Positions 7,112 through 16,261 of a stretch of 64,000 nucleotides of DNA are shown piece after piece. Under the pieces are notes generated by a model. The model saw only the letters and a list, made by a program, of their open reading frames with translations. It was not told where the DNA came from and did not search any database. Position numbers and translations under genes: made by a program. This stretch comes from Clostridia bacterium (GTDB taxonomy: Bacteria > Bacillota > Clostridia > Oscillospirales > CAG-272): contig JAFVZL010000039.1 of NCBI GenBank assembly GCA_017508195.1, forward strand, positions 18,271-82,270. The letters are read 5' to 3'. Numbering within the stretch: the stretch's first letter is position 1; each line of letters opens with the position of its first letter.

Positions 7112-9091
7112 ATGCATACAAGGACCGAAAACAGGTATCTCTTAGAGCTGGCTAAATCCTATCCGAACCGCACGGCGGTGTCCAGCGAGATTATCAATCT
7201 CTCGGCTATCCTCGAGCTGCCGAAGGGCACCGAGCACTTCCTCAGCGACATTCACGGAGAGCACGAGGCGTTTCTGCACATAAGGCGCAACGCGTCGGGC
7301 GTCATACGCAAGAAGGTCGATCAGCTGTTCTCAAAAACCATCACCGCGACCGAGCGGGCAGAGCTCGCTACGCTCATATACTACCCCGAGGAGAAGCTCG
7401 ACGAGCTTCGCGAGAGGATAGACGATCTCGACGATTGGTATCAGGTGACGCTTATGCGTCTTATCGAGATCTGCCGACTCGTCAGCGGTAAGTATACCCG
7501 GTCCCGTGTCAGAAAAAGACTGTCTAAGGTCGCAGGCGGATATGAATATATCATCGACGAGCTCCTCAACGTCGATGCCGCATCCGAGCACAAGGTCGGC
7601 TATTATGAAAACATTATCGGCACGATCATATCGACAGGCTCATCCGAGAGCTTCATTGTCGCAGTCGCAGCGGCGATCAAGGCGCTGATCATCGACCATC
7701 TCCATATCGTCGGTGATATCTTCGACCGAGGACCGAGGGCGGATATCATCCTCGACGAGCTTCTTAAGGAGGAGTCAATAGACGTGCAATGGGGTAACCA
7801 CGACGTTCTCTGGATGTCCGCGGCAGCAGGCTCGCGCACCGCGATAGCAACCGTGCTCAACAACTCTATAACCTACAAGAATCTCGACGTTATCGAGATG
7901 GGCTACGGCATTTCCTTAAGGCCCCTCACCCTCTTTGCGAGCGAGATATACCAAAGCTCCGACGTATCCTGCTTCATGCCCAAGGGCGGAGCCTATCACG
8001 GCTTCACGGCTAAGGATGACGACCTTCTTATCGCGAGGATGCACAAGGCTATAAGCATCATACAGTTCAAGCTCGAGGGTCAGACGATACTTCGTAACCC
8101 TTCATTCCACATGGATGACAGGCTTCTCTTAGATAAGATCGACTACGCGAAAAGGATCGTGCGCATCGACGGGCGCGACTACCCCTTACGCGACACAGAC
8201 TTCCCCACCGTAGACCCCGAGGATCCTTACCGTCTGACAGACGAGGAAGAACAGGTGATGCGCTACCTTAAAAACGCATTCATGCGTTCAGAAAAGCTTC
8301 AAAGACACGCCGCTTTCCTCTACGAAAAGGGCGAAATGTACACAATATTTAACAAAAACCTGCTATTTCACGGTGCAATACCGCTCGATGACGACGGCAA
8401 TCTTCTCGCGCTTGACTGCGCGGGCGGACGCTCGGGCAAGGCTCTGATGGACTATTGCGACAACATGGCAAGGCGCGCATACTTCTCGAAGGACGGCACA
8501 CCGCAAAGGCTCGAGGCAAAGGATTTCCTCTGGTTCTTATGGTGCGGAAAGGACTCTCCGCTGTGCGCGAGGAAGAAGATCGCGACCTTCGAAAGACTGC
8601 TTGTCAAGGACGAGAGCACCTGGGATGAGCCGAAGAACGCATACTACCACTGCTGGGAGAGCGAAGCCACCGCGAATATGATCCTCTCGGAGTTCGGCCT
8701 CGGCGGTGATCGCTCGCATATCATAAACGGTCATATACCGATCAAGTCGAGCGACACGCCCCTTAAGGCGGGCGGAAAGCTGATAGTTATCGACGGCGGC
8801 TTCTGCCGTGCATATCAGCCCAAAACGGGCATCGCGGGATATACACTCATCTACAATGCCGAGGGCATAAGAATATCCGCGCACGAGCCATTCTCGGGGG
8901 CAAAGGATGCCATCAAGAACAACCGCGATATCGTATCCGACACCGTCGTGTTCGAGCACTCGGCAAACAAGATCAAGATCCGCGATACCGACGGCGGCAG
9001 AGCGATAATGCAGAAGATCGACGATCTCGAGCTCCTTCTCGCAGAATACGAGGCGGGCTGCATCAAGGAGCGCGGCGTGAGATCGCGCTGA
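7112..9091 (+). CDS. fbp: fructose-1,6-bisphosphatase, class 3
   Basis: 659 aa. The N-terminus (YLLELAKSYPNRTAVSSEIINLSAILELPKGTEHFLSDIHGEHEAF) and the length are characteristic of Firmicute class-3 FBPase. GGGAGG SD. Confidence 0.9.
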   Translation: MHTRTENRYLLELAKSYPNRTAVSSEIINLSAILELPKGTEHFLSDIHGEHEAFLHIRRNASGVIRKKVDQLFSKTITATERAELATLIYYPEEKLDELRERIDDLDDWYQVTLMRLIEICRLVSGKYTRSRVRKRLSKVAGGYEYIIDELLNVDAASEHKVGYYENIIGTIISTGSSESFIVAVAAAIKALIIDHLHIVGDIFDRGPRADIILDELLKEESIDVQWGNHDVLWMSAAAGSRTAIATVLNNSITYKNLDVIEMGYGISLRPLTLFASEIYQSSDVSCFMPKGGAYHGFTAKDDDLLIARMHKAISIIQFKLEGQTILRNPSFHMDDRLLLDKIDYAKRIVRIDGRDYPLRDTDFPTVDPEDPYRLTDEEEQVMRYLKNAFMRSEKLQRHAAFLYEKGEMYTIFNKNLLFHGAIPLDDDGNLLALDCAGGRSGKALMDYCDNMARRAYFSKDGTPQRLEAKDFLWFLWCGKDSPLCARKKIATFERLLVKDESTWDEPKNAYYHCWESEATANMILSEFGLGGDRSHIINGHIPIKSSDTPLKAGGKLIVIDGGFCRAYQPKTGIAGYTLIYNAEGIRISAHEPFSGAKDAIKNNRDIVSDTVVFEHSANKIKIRDTDGGRAIMQKIDDLELLLAEYEAGCIKERGVRSR

Positions 9092-9213
9092 CAGTCCCAA
9101 AAGAAGACCGACGCGTCTTAATATAAGAGATATGAGATCGGGCAAATATATTCCCGTAAAACCGACACGGCTTACGATCGCGTCGGATATAACGCCGACA
9201 AAAGCCAAAATAC

Positions 9214-9241
9214 AAAAAAAGAGCGTACAGCGAATACGCTC
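9214..9241 (-). terminator. terminator-like hairpin oriented for the minus strand
   Basis: A7 then GAGCGTA-CAGCGAA-TACGCTC. The U-tract exists only when read on the minus strand, although both flanking genes are on the plus strand. Confidence 0.4.
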
Positions 9242-9301
9242 ACGCAAACGGATAATTAAAACATTTTATACATCAAGACCTTAAAGGAAAAGGAGATTTA
9301 A

Positions 9302-10936
9302 ATGAAAAGATTCGGAGTAATGATCGATATGTCGCGCAACGCAGTAATGCGCCCCGATGAATTAAAGAAATTTATCAAGCAGCTTGCCGACTTCGGCTAC
9401 AATATGGTCCAGCTCTACACCGAGGACACCTACGAGATCAAGGAGGAGCCCTACTTCGGCTACCTTAGAGGAAGATATACCAAGGAGGATCTCAAGGATA
9501 TTGTCGCATATGCTGCAGAACTCGGGGTCGAAATCATCCCCTGCATACAGACTCTCGGACATCTCGAGGGTATCTTTAAGTGGGCACCTTACACCGAAAT
9601 AAACGATGCGGGAGCCATTCTTCTCGTCGGCGAGGAGCGTACCTACGAGCTTATCGAGAGAATGTTCGCAACCATCCGCGAGTGCTTCACTACCGAGATC
9701 GCGCATATCGGTATGGACGAGGCGTGGACGCTCGGACTCGGTAAATACCTTGCGAAGCACGGCTTCGAGAACAGATTTGACATTCTTTCCCGTCACCTTA
9801 AGAGAGTGCTCGAGATTGCAAAGAAGTATAATTTCAAGCCCATAATCTGGTCGGATATGTTCTTCCGCCTTGCTAATCCCGACGGTGGCTACTACGGCTG
9901 GGAAAACATCACCGACGATGTCGTCAAATCCTGCCCCGACGATATCGGACTCGTTTATTGGGACTACTACCACAACGAGAAGAAGTACTACGACGGAATG
10001 CTTGCCGCGCACAACAAGTTCGGCAAGGAGGTCTGGTTCGCAGGCGGTGCATGGACCTGGATCGGTCTTGCTCCCTACACCAGCTTCACCATCGATTCAA
10101 TGCAAAAGGCTATGCTCTCCTGCCGCGAGCAGAATATAGATAACATCATGCTCACCATGTGGGGAGATAACGGTAAGGAGTGCTCCAACTGGTCGCTGCT
10201 CCCCGCCCTCTTCAAGGTCAAGCGCTTCTATGACGGAGTTACCGATATGGACGAGATACGTCGCGAATTCAAGGAGCTGACGGGTGAGGACTATGATGCT
10301 ATGCTCGATCTCGAGCTGCCCAATATGGTGGCAGGCAATAACAGAGATTGCCCCTCTAACATATCCAAGACAATGCTCTACTCGGATCCCCTTCTCGGCT
10401 TCCTTGACGTCACCGTCAAGGAGGGTGTCAGCGAAGAATTCACAAAGCATAAATTCAAGCTTCTCGATCACGCAAGGAACAGCAAGAGATTCTCTTACCT
10501 CTTTGAGGTAGAGGCAGCCCTTGCCGACGTACTCGAGATAAAGTACGACCTCGGAGTAAGAACGAGAACCGCGTACAAATTGGGCGACAAGACAGCTCTC
10601 GAGGCACTCATTCCCGAATACGAGGAATGTGCAAGGAGAGTAAAGAAGCTGCATAATCTCTTCAGCATCCAGTGGCATAAGGAAAACAGACCCCACGGCT
10701 TCGAGGTGCATGACTCGCGCTTCGGCGGCATCATCCTTAGACTCGAGGCGTGTGTCAAGAGGATCAAGGCGTACCTCAACGGCACCGTCGAAAAGCTCGA
10801 GGAGCTCGAGGAGGAGCTTCTCCCCTACGCACTCGCAAAGGATAAGTACTTCGCAATCGAAGGCATACCCGGCACCGAGGGTATCCCCGCACTCGATCGC
10901 CACTCCTACGCATTCACCGTAAGCCGCGAGGATTAA
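9302..10936 (+). CDS. glycoside hydrolase family 20-like (beta-N-acetylhexosaminidase family)
   Basis: 544 aa. GVMIDMSRN near the N-terminus and HIGMDEA (the H-x-G-x-D-E catalytic block) fit the GH20 TIM-barrel pattern. AGGAG SD. Confidence 0.7.
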   Translation: MKRFGVMIDMSRNAVMRPDELKKFIKQLADFGYNMVQLYTEDTYEIKEEPYFGYLRGRYTKEDLKDIVAYAAELGVEIIPCIQTLGHLEGIFKWAPYTEINDAGAILLVGEERTYELIERMFATIRECFTTEIAHIGMDEAWTLGLGKYLAKHGFENRFDILSRHLKRVLEIAKKYNFKPIIWSDMFFRLANPDGGYYGWENITDDVVKSCPDDIGLVYWDYYHNEKKYYDGMLAAHNKFGKEVWFAGGAWTWIGLAPYTSFTIDSMQKAMLSCREQNIDNIMLTMWGDNGKECSNWSLLPALFKVKRFYDGVTDMDEIRREFKELTGEDYDAMLDLELPNMVAGNNRDCPSNISKTMLYSDPLLGFLDVTVKEGVSEEFTKHKFKLLDHARNSKRFSYLFEVEAALADVLEIKYDLGVRTRTAYKLGDKTALEALIPEYEECARRVKKLHNLFSIQWHKENRPHGFEVHDSRFGGIILRLEACVKRIKAYLNGTVEKLEELEEELLPYALAKDKYFAIEGIPGTEGIPALDRHSYAFTVSRED

Positions 10937-10950
10937 TTACATATAGAAAA

Positions 10951-10999
10951 AGAGTAAGACCCGAAGAACGCACCGCGCTCTAAGGTCTTACTCTTTTTT
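10951..10999. terminator. bidirectional terminator between convergent genes
   Basis: AGAGTAAGACC ... GGTCTTACTCT with an A-run on the left and a T-run on the right. Lies between the GH20 (+) and malQ (-) 3' ends. Confidence 0.75.
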
Positions 11000-11060
11000 A
11001 ATTCACGCTCGTTAACACATCCGTTTTTGACGCGTTATTACGTTGTTTGTAAATATATAT

Positions 11061-12503
11061 TTACCTTTTATAAAGGTTGTGCAGATATTTGTACTTCTCC
11101 ACGGGGAATTTCTCGAGGGCATCTCGTGTAAGTCGAAAGCCCCAGTTACCCTTTGCAACGCCGGGTGTATCCATCCTCGTGTCGGCACCGTAGCCGTAGA
11201 TATCCTGTATCGGTATGATGACCGCCCTTGCCGCCGACTGATAAAGCGATCTTATCGCGGCATCGGGTGCGCTCTCCCAGCGCGAGTGATCTGCGCCGAT
11301 ATAGTCGAAAAATCTGACACGCCCCCCGTCATCGAGCTCCCATGTGTAGCCGAGAATGGTGTTGTTGTCATGCGTTCCCGTATATGCGATCGAGTTCTCG
11401 GGAATGTTGTGCGGAAGATGCAAGGAATCGTCATCCGACAAAAATCCAAACTGAAGCACCCTCATACCGGGCATTTTGCTATATTTAAGAAGCGCTCTTA
11501 CCGAATCGGTGATGTCACCGAGGTCCTCAGCAATAACGAGTCTGCCGTCTGCGATCTCGTTTATCAGGCTGACAAGAGCCCTACCCGGCCCCTTGACCCA
11601 TCTGCCCTCCTTCGCGCTCACGGCCCCCGCAGGCACCGACCAATAAGCCTCGAGAGCACGGAAATGGTCTATCCTCACCCCGTCGTACATAGTGAATGCG
11701 TGCCTGAGTCTGTTAGCCCACCAGGCGAAGCCGTCATCCCTCATTTTCTTCCAATTGTAGAGCGGGTTACCCCAGAGCTGACCGTCTTTCGCAAAATAAT
11801 AGGGCGGAACGCCCGCAACCTCGGTGGGATATCCCTTCTCGTCGAGCAAGAACTGCATAGGCTCAGCCCATACGTCGGCAGAATCCTCGGCAACGTATAT
11901 AGGAAGATCGCCGATAATGGATATACCGCGGCTGTTCGCATAGCTCTTCAGCGCATACCACTGCGTGTAGAATTTAAACTGAACGAACTGCCAGAAGAAG
12001 AGCTCGTCAATGTCACACTCAAAATTCTGCCAGGTCTGCCACGGCGCACCGCCGTTCGCGCTTTTCAGTGCCATAAAGCACGCAACTCTCGAAAGATCCT
12101 GCCTCGAATCCACGTACTCTGCTATCTCCGTGCGGTCGAGCACCCTCGTCGAAGCCAGACGCAAAAGCGAAAGCCTTTCTTCTATAAGTCGGTCATACTC
12201 GACCGCGTATTCGCTCGTCTGCACCGCAGAAGCAAGCTCCTCTGCCGTGATCAGACTCTCCTCATAGAGAGTAGGCAGATCTATAAGCATCGGATTCGCA
12301 CCGAAGGATGCCATCGACTTATACGGTGAGTTGCAATCGTCAGCCATCGAGAGCGGCAGCACCTGCCAGAGCGAGAAGCCCGCCTCGGCAATCTTGTCAA
12401 CGAACAAGCGCGCGACCTCGCCGAACGATCCTATGGAATACTCTCCCGGCAGAGAGCTTATATGCATCAGTATACCTGCCTGCCTTTGCTTCATCTTTCC
12501 CAT
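11061..12503 (-). CDS. malQ: 4-alpha-glucanotransferase (amylomaltase, GH77)
   Basis: 480 aa. N-terminal RQAGILMHISSLPGEYSIGSFG signature and GH77-typical blocks throughout. The true start may be the second ATG (12494). Confidence 0.9.
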   Translation of the reverse strand: MGKMKQRQAGILMHISSLPGEYSIGSFGEVARLFVDKIAEAGFSLWQVLPLSMADDCNSPYKSMASFGANPMLIDLPTLYEESLITAEELASAVQTSEYAVEYDRLIEERLSLLRLASTRVLDRTEIAEYVDSRQDLSRVACFMALKSANGGAPWQTWQNFECDIDELFFWQFVQFKFYTQWYALKSYANSRGISIIGDLPIYVAEDSADVWAEPMQFLLDEKGYPTEVAGVPPYYFAKDGQLWGNPLYNWKKMRDDGFAWWANRLRHAFTMYDGVRIDHFRALEAYWSVPAGAVSAKEGRWVKGPGRALVSLINEIADGRLVIAEDLGDITDSVRALLKYSKMPGMRVLQFGFLSDDDSLHLPHNIPENSIAYTGTHDNNTILGYTWELDDGGRVRFFDYIGADHSRWESAPDAAIRSLYQSAARAVIIPIQDIYGYGADTRMDTPGVAKGNWGFRLTRDALEKFPVEKYKYLHNLYKR

Positions 12504-12666
12504 CCTTGATGATAAAATATTACTAGCGTTTTACCATACCGTCTGAAAAAGTTCAAGTGGGAGATAATTATTTTTATGTATGTGACCGCATTTTTCTGTT
12601 TTTAAGCCCGAAAACGCTTAATTTTTGGCTAAAATTGCCGAAATTTCACCAACTTTACCATTTTTA

Positions 12667-12695
12667 TTGAAATATCGGACTCATTGTGCTACAAT
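12667..12695 (+). promoter_or_regulatory. sigma-A-type promoter of the ABC sugar-transport operon
   Basis: TTGAAA (12667-12672), 17-nt spacer, TACAAT (12690-12695). Confidence 0.7.
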
Positions 12696-12779
12696 ACCTT
12701 TGAGGGATACGCGCGCGTGAACGTTATCCCGCGCCCGCGCCCCGCGCAAACGATTTCAATCTACCGAAAGGAGATCACG

Positions 12780-13691
12780 ATGGAAAAGAACAATCTGAAG
12801 GCGTGGCTATACCTTCTGCCCGCGATACTTTTCCTCGGTGTGTTCTTGGTCTATCCTCTCGTCGACGTGTTTATCTACTCGTTCGAGGAGGGCTTCAACT
12901 CTGCTTCGCAGACGCACCTCGGAATAGGCTTCTATAACTACGCGTACGTGCTTCGCGATCCGTATTTTCTTCAGGCGCTCGGCAACACCTTCGTGCTCGT
13001 GTTCATCACGGTACCCGTGTCCACCTTGCTCGCGCTCGTGATCTCGCTCGGTCTATCCTCTATCAAATGGCTGAGGAAGCTCTTCCAGACGATCTACTTC
13101 CTGCCCTACGTCACTAACACTCTGGCGGTAGGCCTCGTCTTTATGATCCTCTTCCAACAGACTCCCTACACCGACGGTATGGTGAACTTCGTGCTCTCCT
13201 GGTTCGGCATAGCGCCGATAGATTTCATCACCGGCCCCTATTGGGCTAAGATGCTTGTGCTCTCGATCTACACGGTATGGACGGTGCTTCCCTTCAAGAT
13301 ACTTATTCTGACTAGCGCTCTGGCTTCGGTCAACGATACCTACTACCAGGCGGCTCGCGTTGACGGCACCACGGGTATGAGAATGTTCACGAGGATCACC
13401 CTGCCGATGATCTCCCCCTCGCTCTTCTATCTTATCATAACCGGCTTCATCGGTGCTTTCAAGGCGTATAGCGACGCGGTCGCTCTCTTCGGCACGAACC
13501 TGAACTCAGCCGAGATGAATACGATCGTCGGATATATATACGATATGCTCTACGGAGACGGCGGAGGATATCCCTCGTTCGCTTCGGCGGCAGCGGTGAT
13601 ACTGTTCGTCATCGTGCTTACGATAACGGTTATTAATCTGCTTGTCAGCAGAAAAACAGTCCATTACGGAGGAGGTGCAGGAAATGCTTAA
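12780..13691 (+). CDS. ABC sugar transporter permease (CUT1, MalF/UgpA-like)
   Basis: Six hydrophobic segments and an EAA-loop-like AARVDGTTGMRMFTRITLP. Start at ATG 12780 (AAAGGAG SD). The upstream part of the listed ORF is untranslated leader. Confidence 0.85.
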   Translation: MEKNNLKAWLYLLPAILFLGVFLVYPLVDVFIYSFEEGFNSASQTHLGIGFYNYAYVLRDPYFLQALGNTFVLVFITVPVSTLLALVISLGLSSIKWLRKLFQTIYFLPYVTNTLAVGLVFMILFQQTPYTDGMVNFVLSWFGIAPIDFITGPYWAKMLVLSIYTVWTVLPFKILILTSALASVNDTYYQAARVDGTTGMRMFTRITLPMISPSLFYLIITGFIGAFKAYSDAVALFGTNLNSAEMNTIVGYIYDMLYGDGGGYPSFASAAAVILFVIVLTITVINLLVSRKTVHYGGGAGNA

Positions 13692-14580
13692 CTCCGAGAT
13701 ACGGACGAAAACAGCCGAGGAATACGCAAAGGATGCGAAGCGTGCAAAGGTGCTCGGCATACTCAAAAGCATCGGCATTTACACTATGCTCACCATCTGG
13801 GCGATAGCCGTGCTCTTCCCCTTCTTCTGGATGCTTATAACCTCGTTCAAGACCTTCGGCTCCTACAACGCAGAGCGCGTACCGTCCCTGCTCATTAAGT
13901 ACCCCACGATCGGTAACTATCTCTCGGCATTCACCGAGATCAACCTTGCAGGCTACTTGCTCAACACTCTGATATTCACCGTCATAACAACGCTTGCCAT
14001 GGTGATCGTCAGCGTGCTCGCAGCTTACGCATTTTCAAGGCTCGAATTTAAGGGAAAGGAGATAGTGTTCACCATCTTCCTCGCTCTTATGATGATCCCC
14101 ACCGAGCTTGTCGTTATCACCAACTTCGTCACGGTTACCAACATGGGCCTCAGAAACACCTTCACGGGTCTTATTCTTCCCTCTGTAACAAGTGTATTCT
14201 ATATTTATCTTCTTCGCGAGAATTTCTCGCAGATACCGAATAATCTCTACCTCGCGGCAAAGGTCGACGGTACGGGAGATTTCAAATACCTGTGGAAGGT
14301 AGTTATCCCGATATGTAAGCCTACGATAATTACCGTTCTTATCCTTAAGGTGATCGAGTGCTGGAACTCCTTCGTGTGGCCGAGGCTGATCACCGACAAC
14401 GATGCCTACTTCCTTATCTCTCAGGGCATTCAGGCAATACGCGAGTCGGGCTTCGGACGAGAGAACGTTCCCGCTATGATGGCGGCGGTGGTGCTCGTAT
14501 CTCTACCCCTGATAATTCTCTTCCTCGTTTTCAGAAATAAAATCATGGAAGGCGTTGCGAGAGGAGGTACAAAGGGTTAA
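13684..14580 (+). CDS. ABC sugar transporter permease (CUT1, MalG/UgpE-like)
   Basis: EAA-loop-like AAKVDGTGDFKYLWKVVIP. ATG 13684 is preceded by GGAGGAGG and overlaps the previous stop by 8 nt. Confidence 0.85.
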   Translation: MLNSEIRTKTAEEYAKDAKRAKVLGILKSIGIYTMLTIWAIAVLFPFFWMLITSFKTFGSYNAERVPSLLIKYPTIGNYLSAFTEINLAGYLLNTLIFTVITTLAMVIVSVLAAYAFSRLEFKGKEIVFTIFLALMMIPTELVVITNFVTVTNMGLRNTFTGLILPSVTSVFYIYLLRENFSQIPNNLYLAAKVDGTGDFKYLWKVVIPICKPTIITVLILKVIECWNSFVWPRLITDNDAYFLISQGIQAIRESGFGRENVPAMMAAVVLVSLPLIILFLVFRNKIMEGVARGGTKG

Positions 14581-14581
14581 A

Positions 14582-16177
14582 ATGAAAAGAATTGTTAGCA
14601 TTATACTTTGTTTATCCCTGTTATTGTCACTTTTAGCGCTCACATCATGTCACGGCGCGCCCGTAACTCATGCGTTTGAGGTGCCTGACGGACTTGACGA
14701 AAGCAAGACCTACGAGATAACCTTCTGGGCCAAGAACGACTCGAACCAGACGCAGATAGATATCTACGAGGGTGCCATCCGCGACTTTGAGGCACTATAT
14801 CCGAACATCAAGGTAAACCTCAAAAGATATACCAACTACGGCACGATATATCAGGACGTTCTCACCAACATCCCGACGGGAACTACACCTAACGTATGTA
14901 TTACCTATCCCGACCATATAGCGACCTATATGACGGGTGAAAACGTAGTCGTCCCTCTCGATGCACTGATTACGGATCCGAAATACGGTCTTGGCGGCTC
15001 TGAGCTACGGTTTGATGGAGTTGATAACGGCGAGATCGTCGAAAAATTCCTCACCGAGGGAGTTCTCGGCGGAACGCAGTACGCCATTCCATTCATGCGC
15101 TCGACCGAGGCGGTCTACGTTAACAAGACCATGGTTGAAGCACTCACCGGAGAGCCCATCCCCGAGATGATGACCTGGGACTATATCTTCGGCGTTGCAG
15201 AAAAGGCAATTGAAAAGAACCCCGACGGTACCTACAAGGGTAACGGGCAGGATACTCTCATACCTTTCATATATAAGTCAACCGACAATATGATGATACA
15301 GATGCTGAAGCAGAAGGGTGCGGGATATTCGAGAGAGGACGGAAGCATCCTCTTATTCAACGATGATACCAAGGAGATTCTCTATACCGTTCACGAGGCT
15401 ATCGAGAACAAGAGCTTCTCAACCTTCGCGGTATCCAGCTACCCGGGCAACTGGTTCGTCAGAGGTCAGTGCCTCTTTGCGATAGACTCCACCGCGGGTG
15501 CAACCTGGATGGGTCCCGATGCGCCTTTACTTGAGGTGCCGGAGGAGGAGATAGTCGACTTTGAGGTAGGAGTATATCCCGTTCCTCAGTTTGATGTGGA
15601 AAACCCCAAGATGATATCTCAGGGTCCCTCGCTTTGTATATTTAATAAAGAGGATCCCGAGGAGGTGCTTGCATCCTGGCTGTTCGCTCAGTTCCTTCTT
15701 ACGGACGATATACAGATAGGCTTCTCGATGACCGAGGGATATATTCCGGTAACCACCACCGCGCACGAGAGCCCCGAATATCTCGATTATCTATCGAGAG
15801 CGGGCGAGGATAACACCACCTATTACGACGTCAAGATAAAAGCAGCAAGAGTGATGCTCGACAACATCGACTCAACCTTCGTCACTCCCGTTTTCAACGG
15901 CTCGACCTCGCTGAGAAACGCCGCAGGTCAGCTTATCGAGGAGGTCGTCAAGGGCACCAACCGAAAGCAGACCATCGATGACGAGTTTATCGAAAAGCTC
16001 TACGATAAGATGAACTCTCTATATAAGCTCAACGAAACGAAGTCGATGAGCGGCAAGCCAGCCCTCGGAGAAATGCCGACCGAATCGATAATCCTTCTCT
16101 CATCCATCGGGGCGGTCTGGCTTGGCATCGGCGGCTACTTGGCTTACGCTTTTATTAAAAAACGTGAAAATAAGTAA
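14582..16177 (+). CDS. ABC transporter extracellular solute-binding lipoprotein with an extra C-terminal TM segment
   Basis: Signal peptide plus lipobox (LLALTSC|HG). Family-1 SBP-like body. The last ~35 aa (IILLSSIGAVWLGIGGYLAYAFIKKRENK) form a hydrophobic helix followed by basic residues. Confidence 0.8.
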   Translation: MKRIVSIILCLSLLLSLLALTSCHGAPVTHAFEVPDGLDESKTYEITFWAKNDSNQTQIDIYEGAIRDFEALYPNIKVNLKRYTNYGTIYQDVLTNIPTGTTPNVCITYPDHIATYMTGENVVVPLDALITDPKYGLGGSELRFDGVDNGEIVEKFLTEGVLGGTQYAIPFMRSTEAVYVNKTMVEALTGEPIPEMMTWDYIFGVAEKAIEKNPDGTYKGNGQDTLIPFIYKSTDNMMIQMLKQKGAGYSREDGSILLFNDDTKEILYTVHEAIENKSFSTFAVSSYPGNWFVRGQCLFAIDSTAGATWMGPDAPLLEVPEEEIVDFEVGVYPVPQFDVENPKMISQGPSLCIFNKEDPEEVLASWLFAQFLLTDDIQIGFSMTEGYIPVTTTAHESPEYLDYLSRAGEDNTTYYDVKIKAARVMLDNIDSTFVTPVFNGSTSLRNAAGQLIEEVVKGTNRKQTIDDEFIEKLYDKMNSLYKLNETKSMSGKPALGEMPTESIILLSSIGAVWLGIGGYLAYAFIKKRENK

Positions 16178-16183
16178 TTTTCA

Positions 16184-16211
16184 TTGACAACTCACCTAAT
16201 TCGTGTATAAT
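16184..16211 (+). promoter_or_regulatory. sigma-A-type promoter in front of the 16262 lipoprotein gene
   Basis: TTGACA (16184-16189), 16-nt spacer, TATAAT (16206-16211). Confidence 0.6.
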
Positions 16212-16261
16212 AGTTATTGTCGAACTTTAATTATTCGATTTTCAAAAAGGAGAACAAAAAA

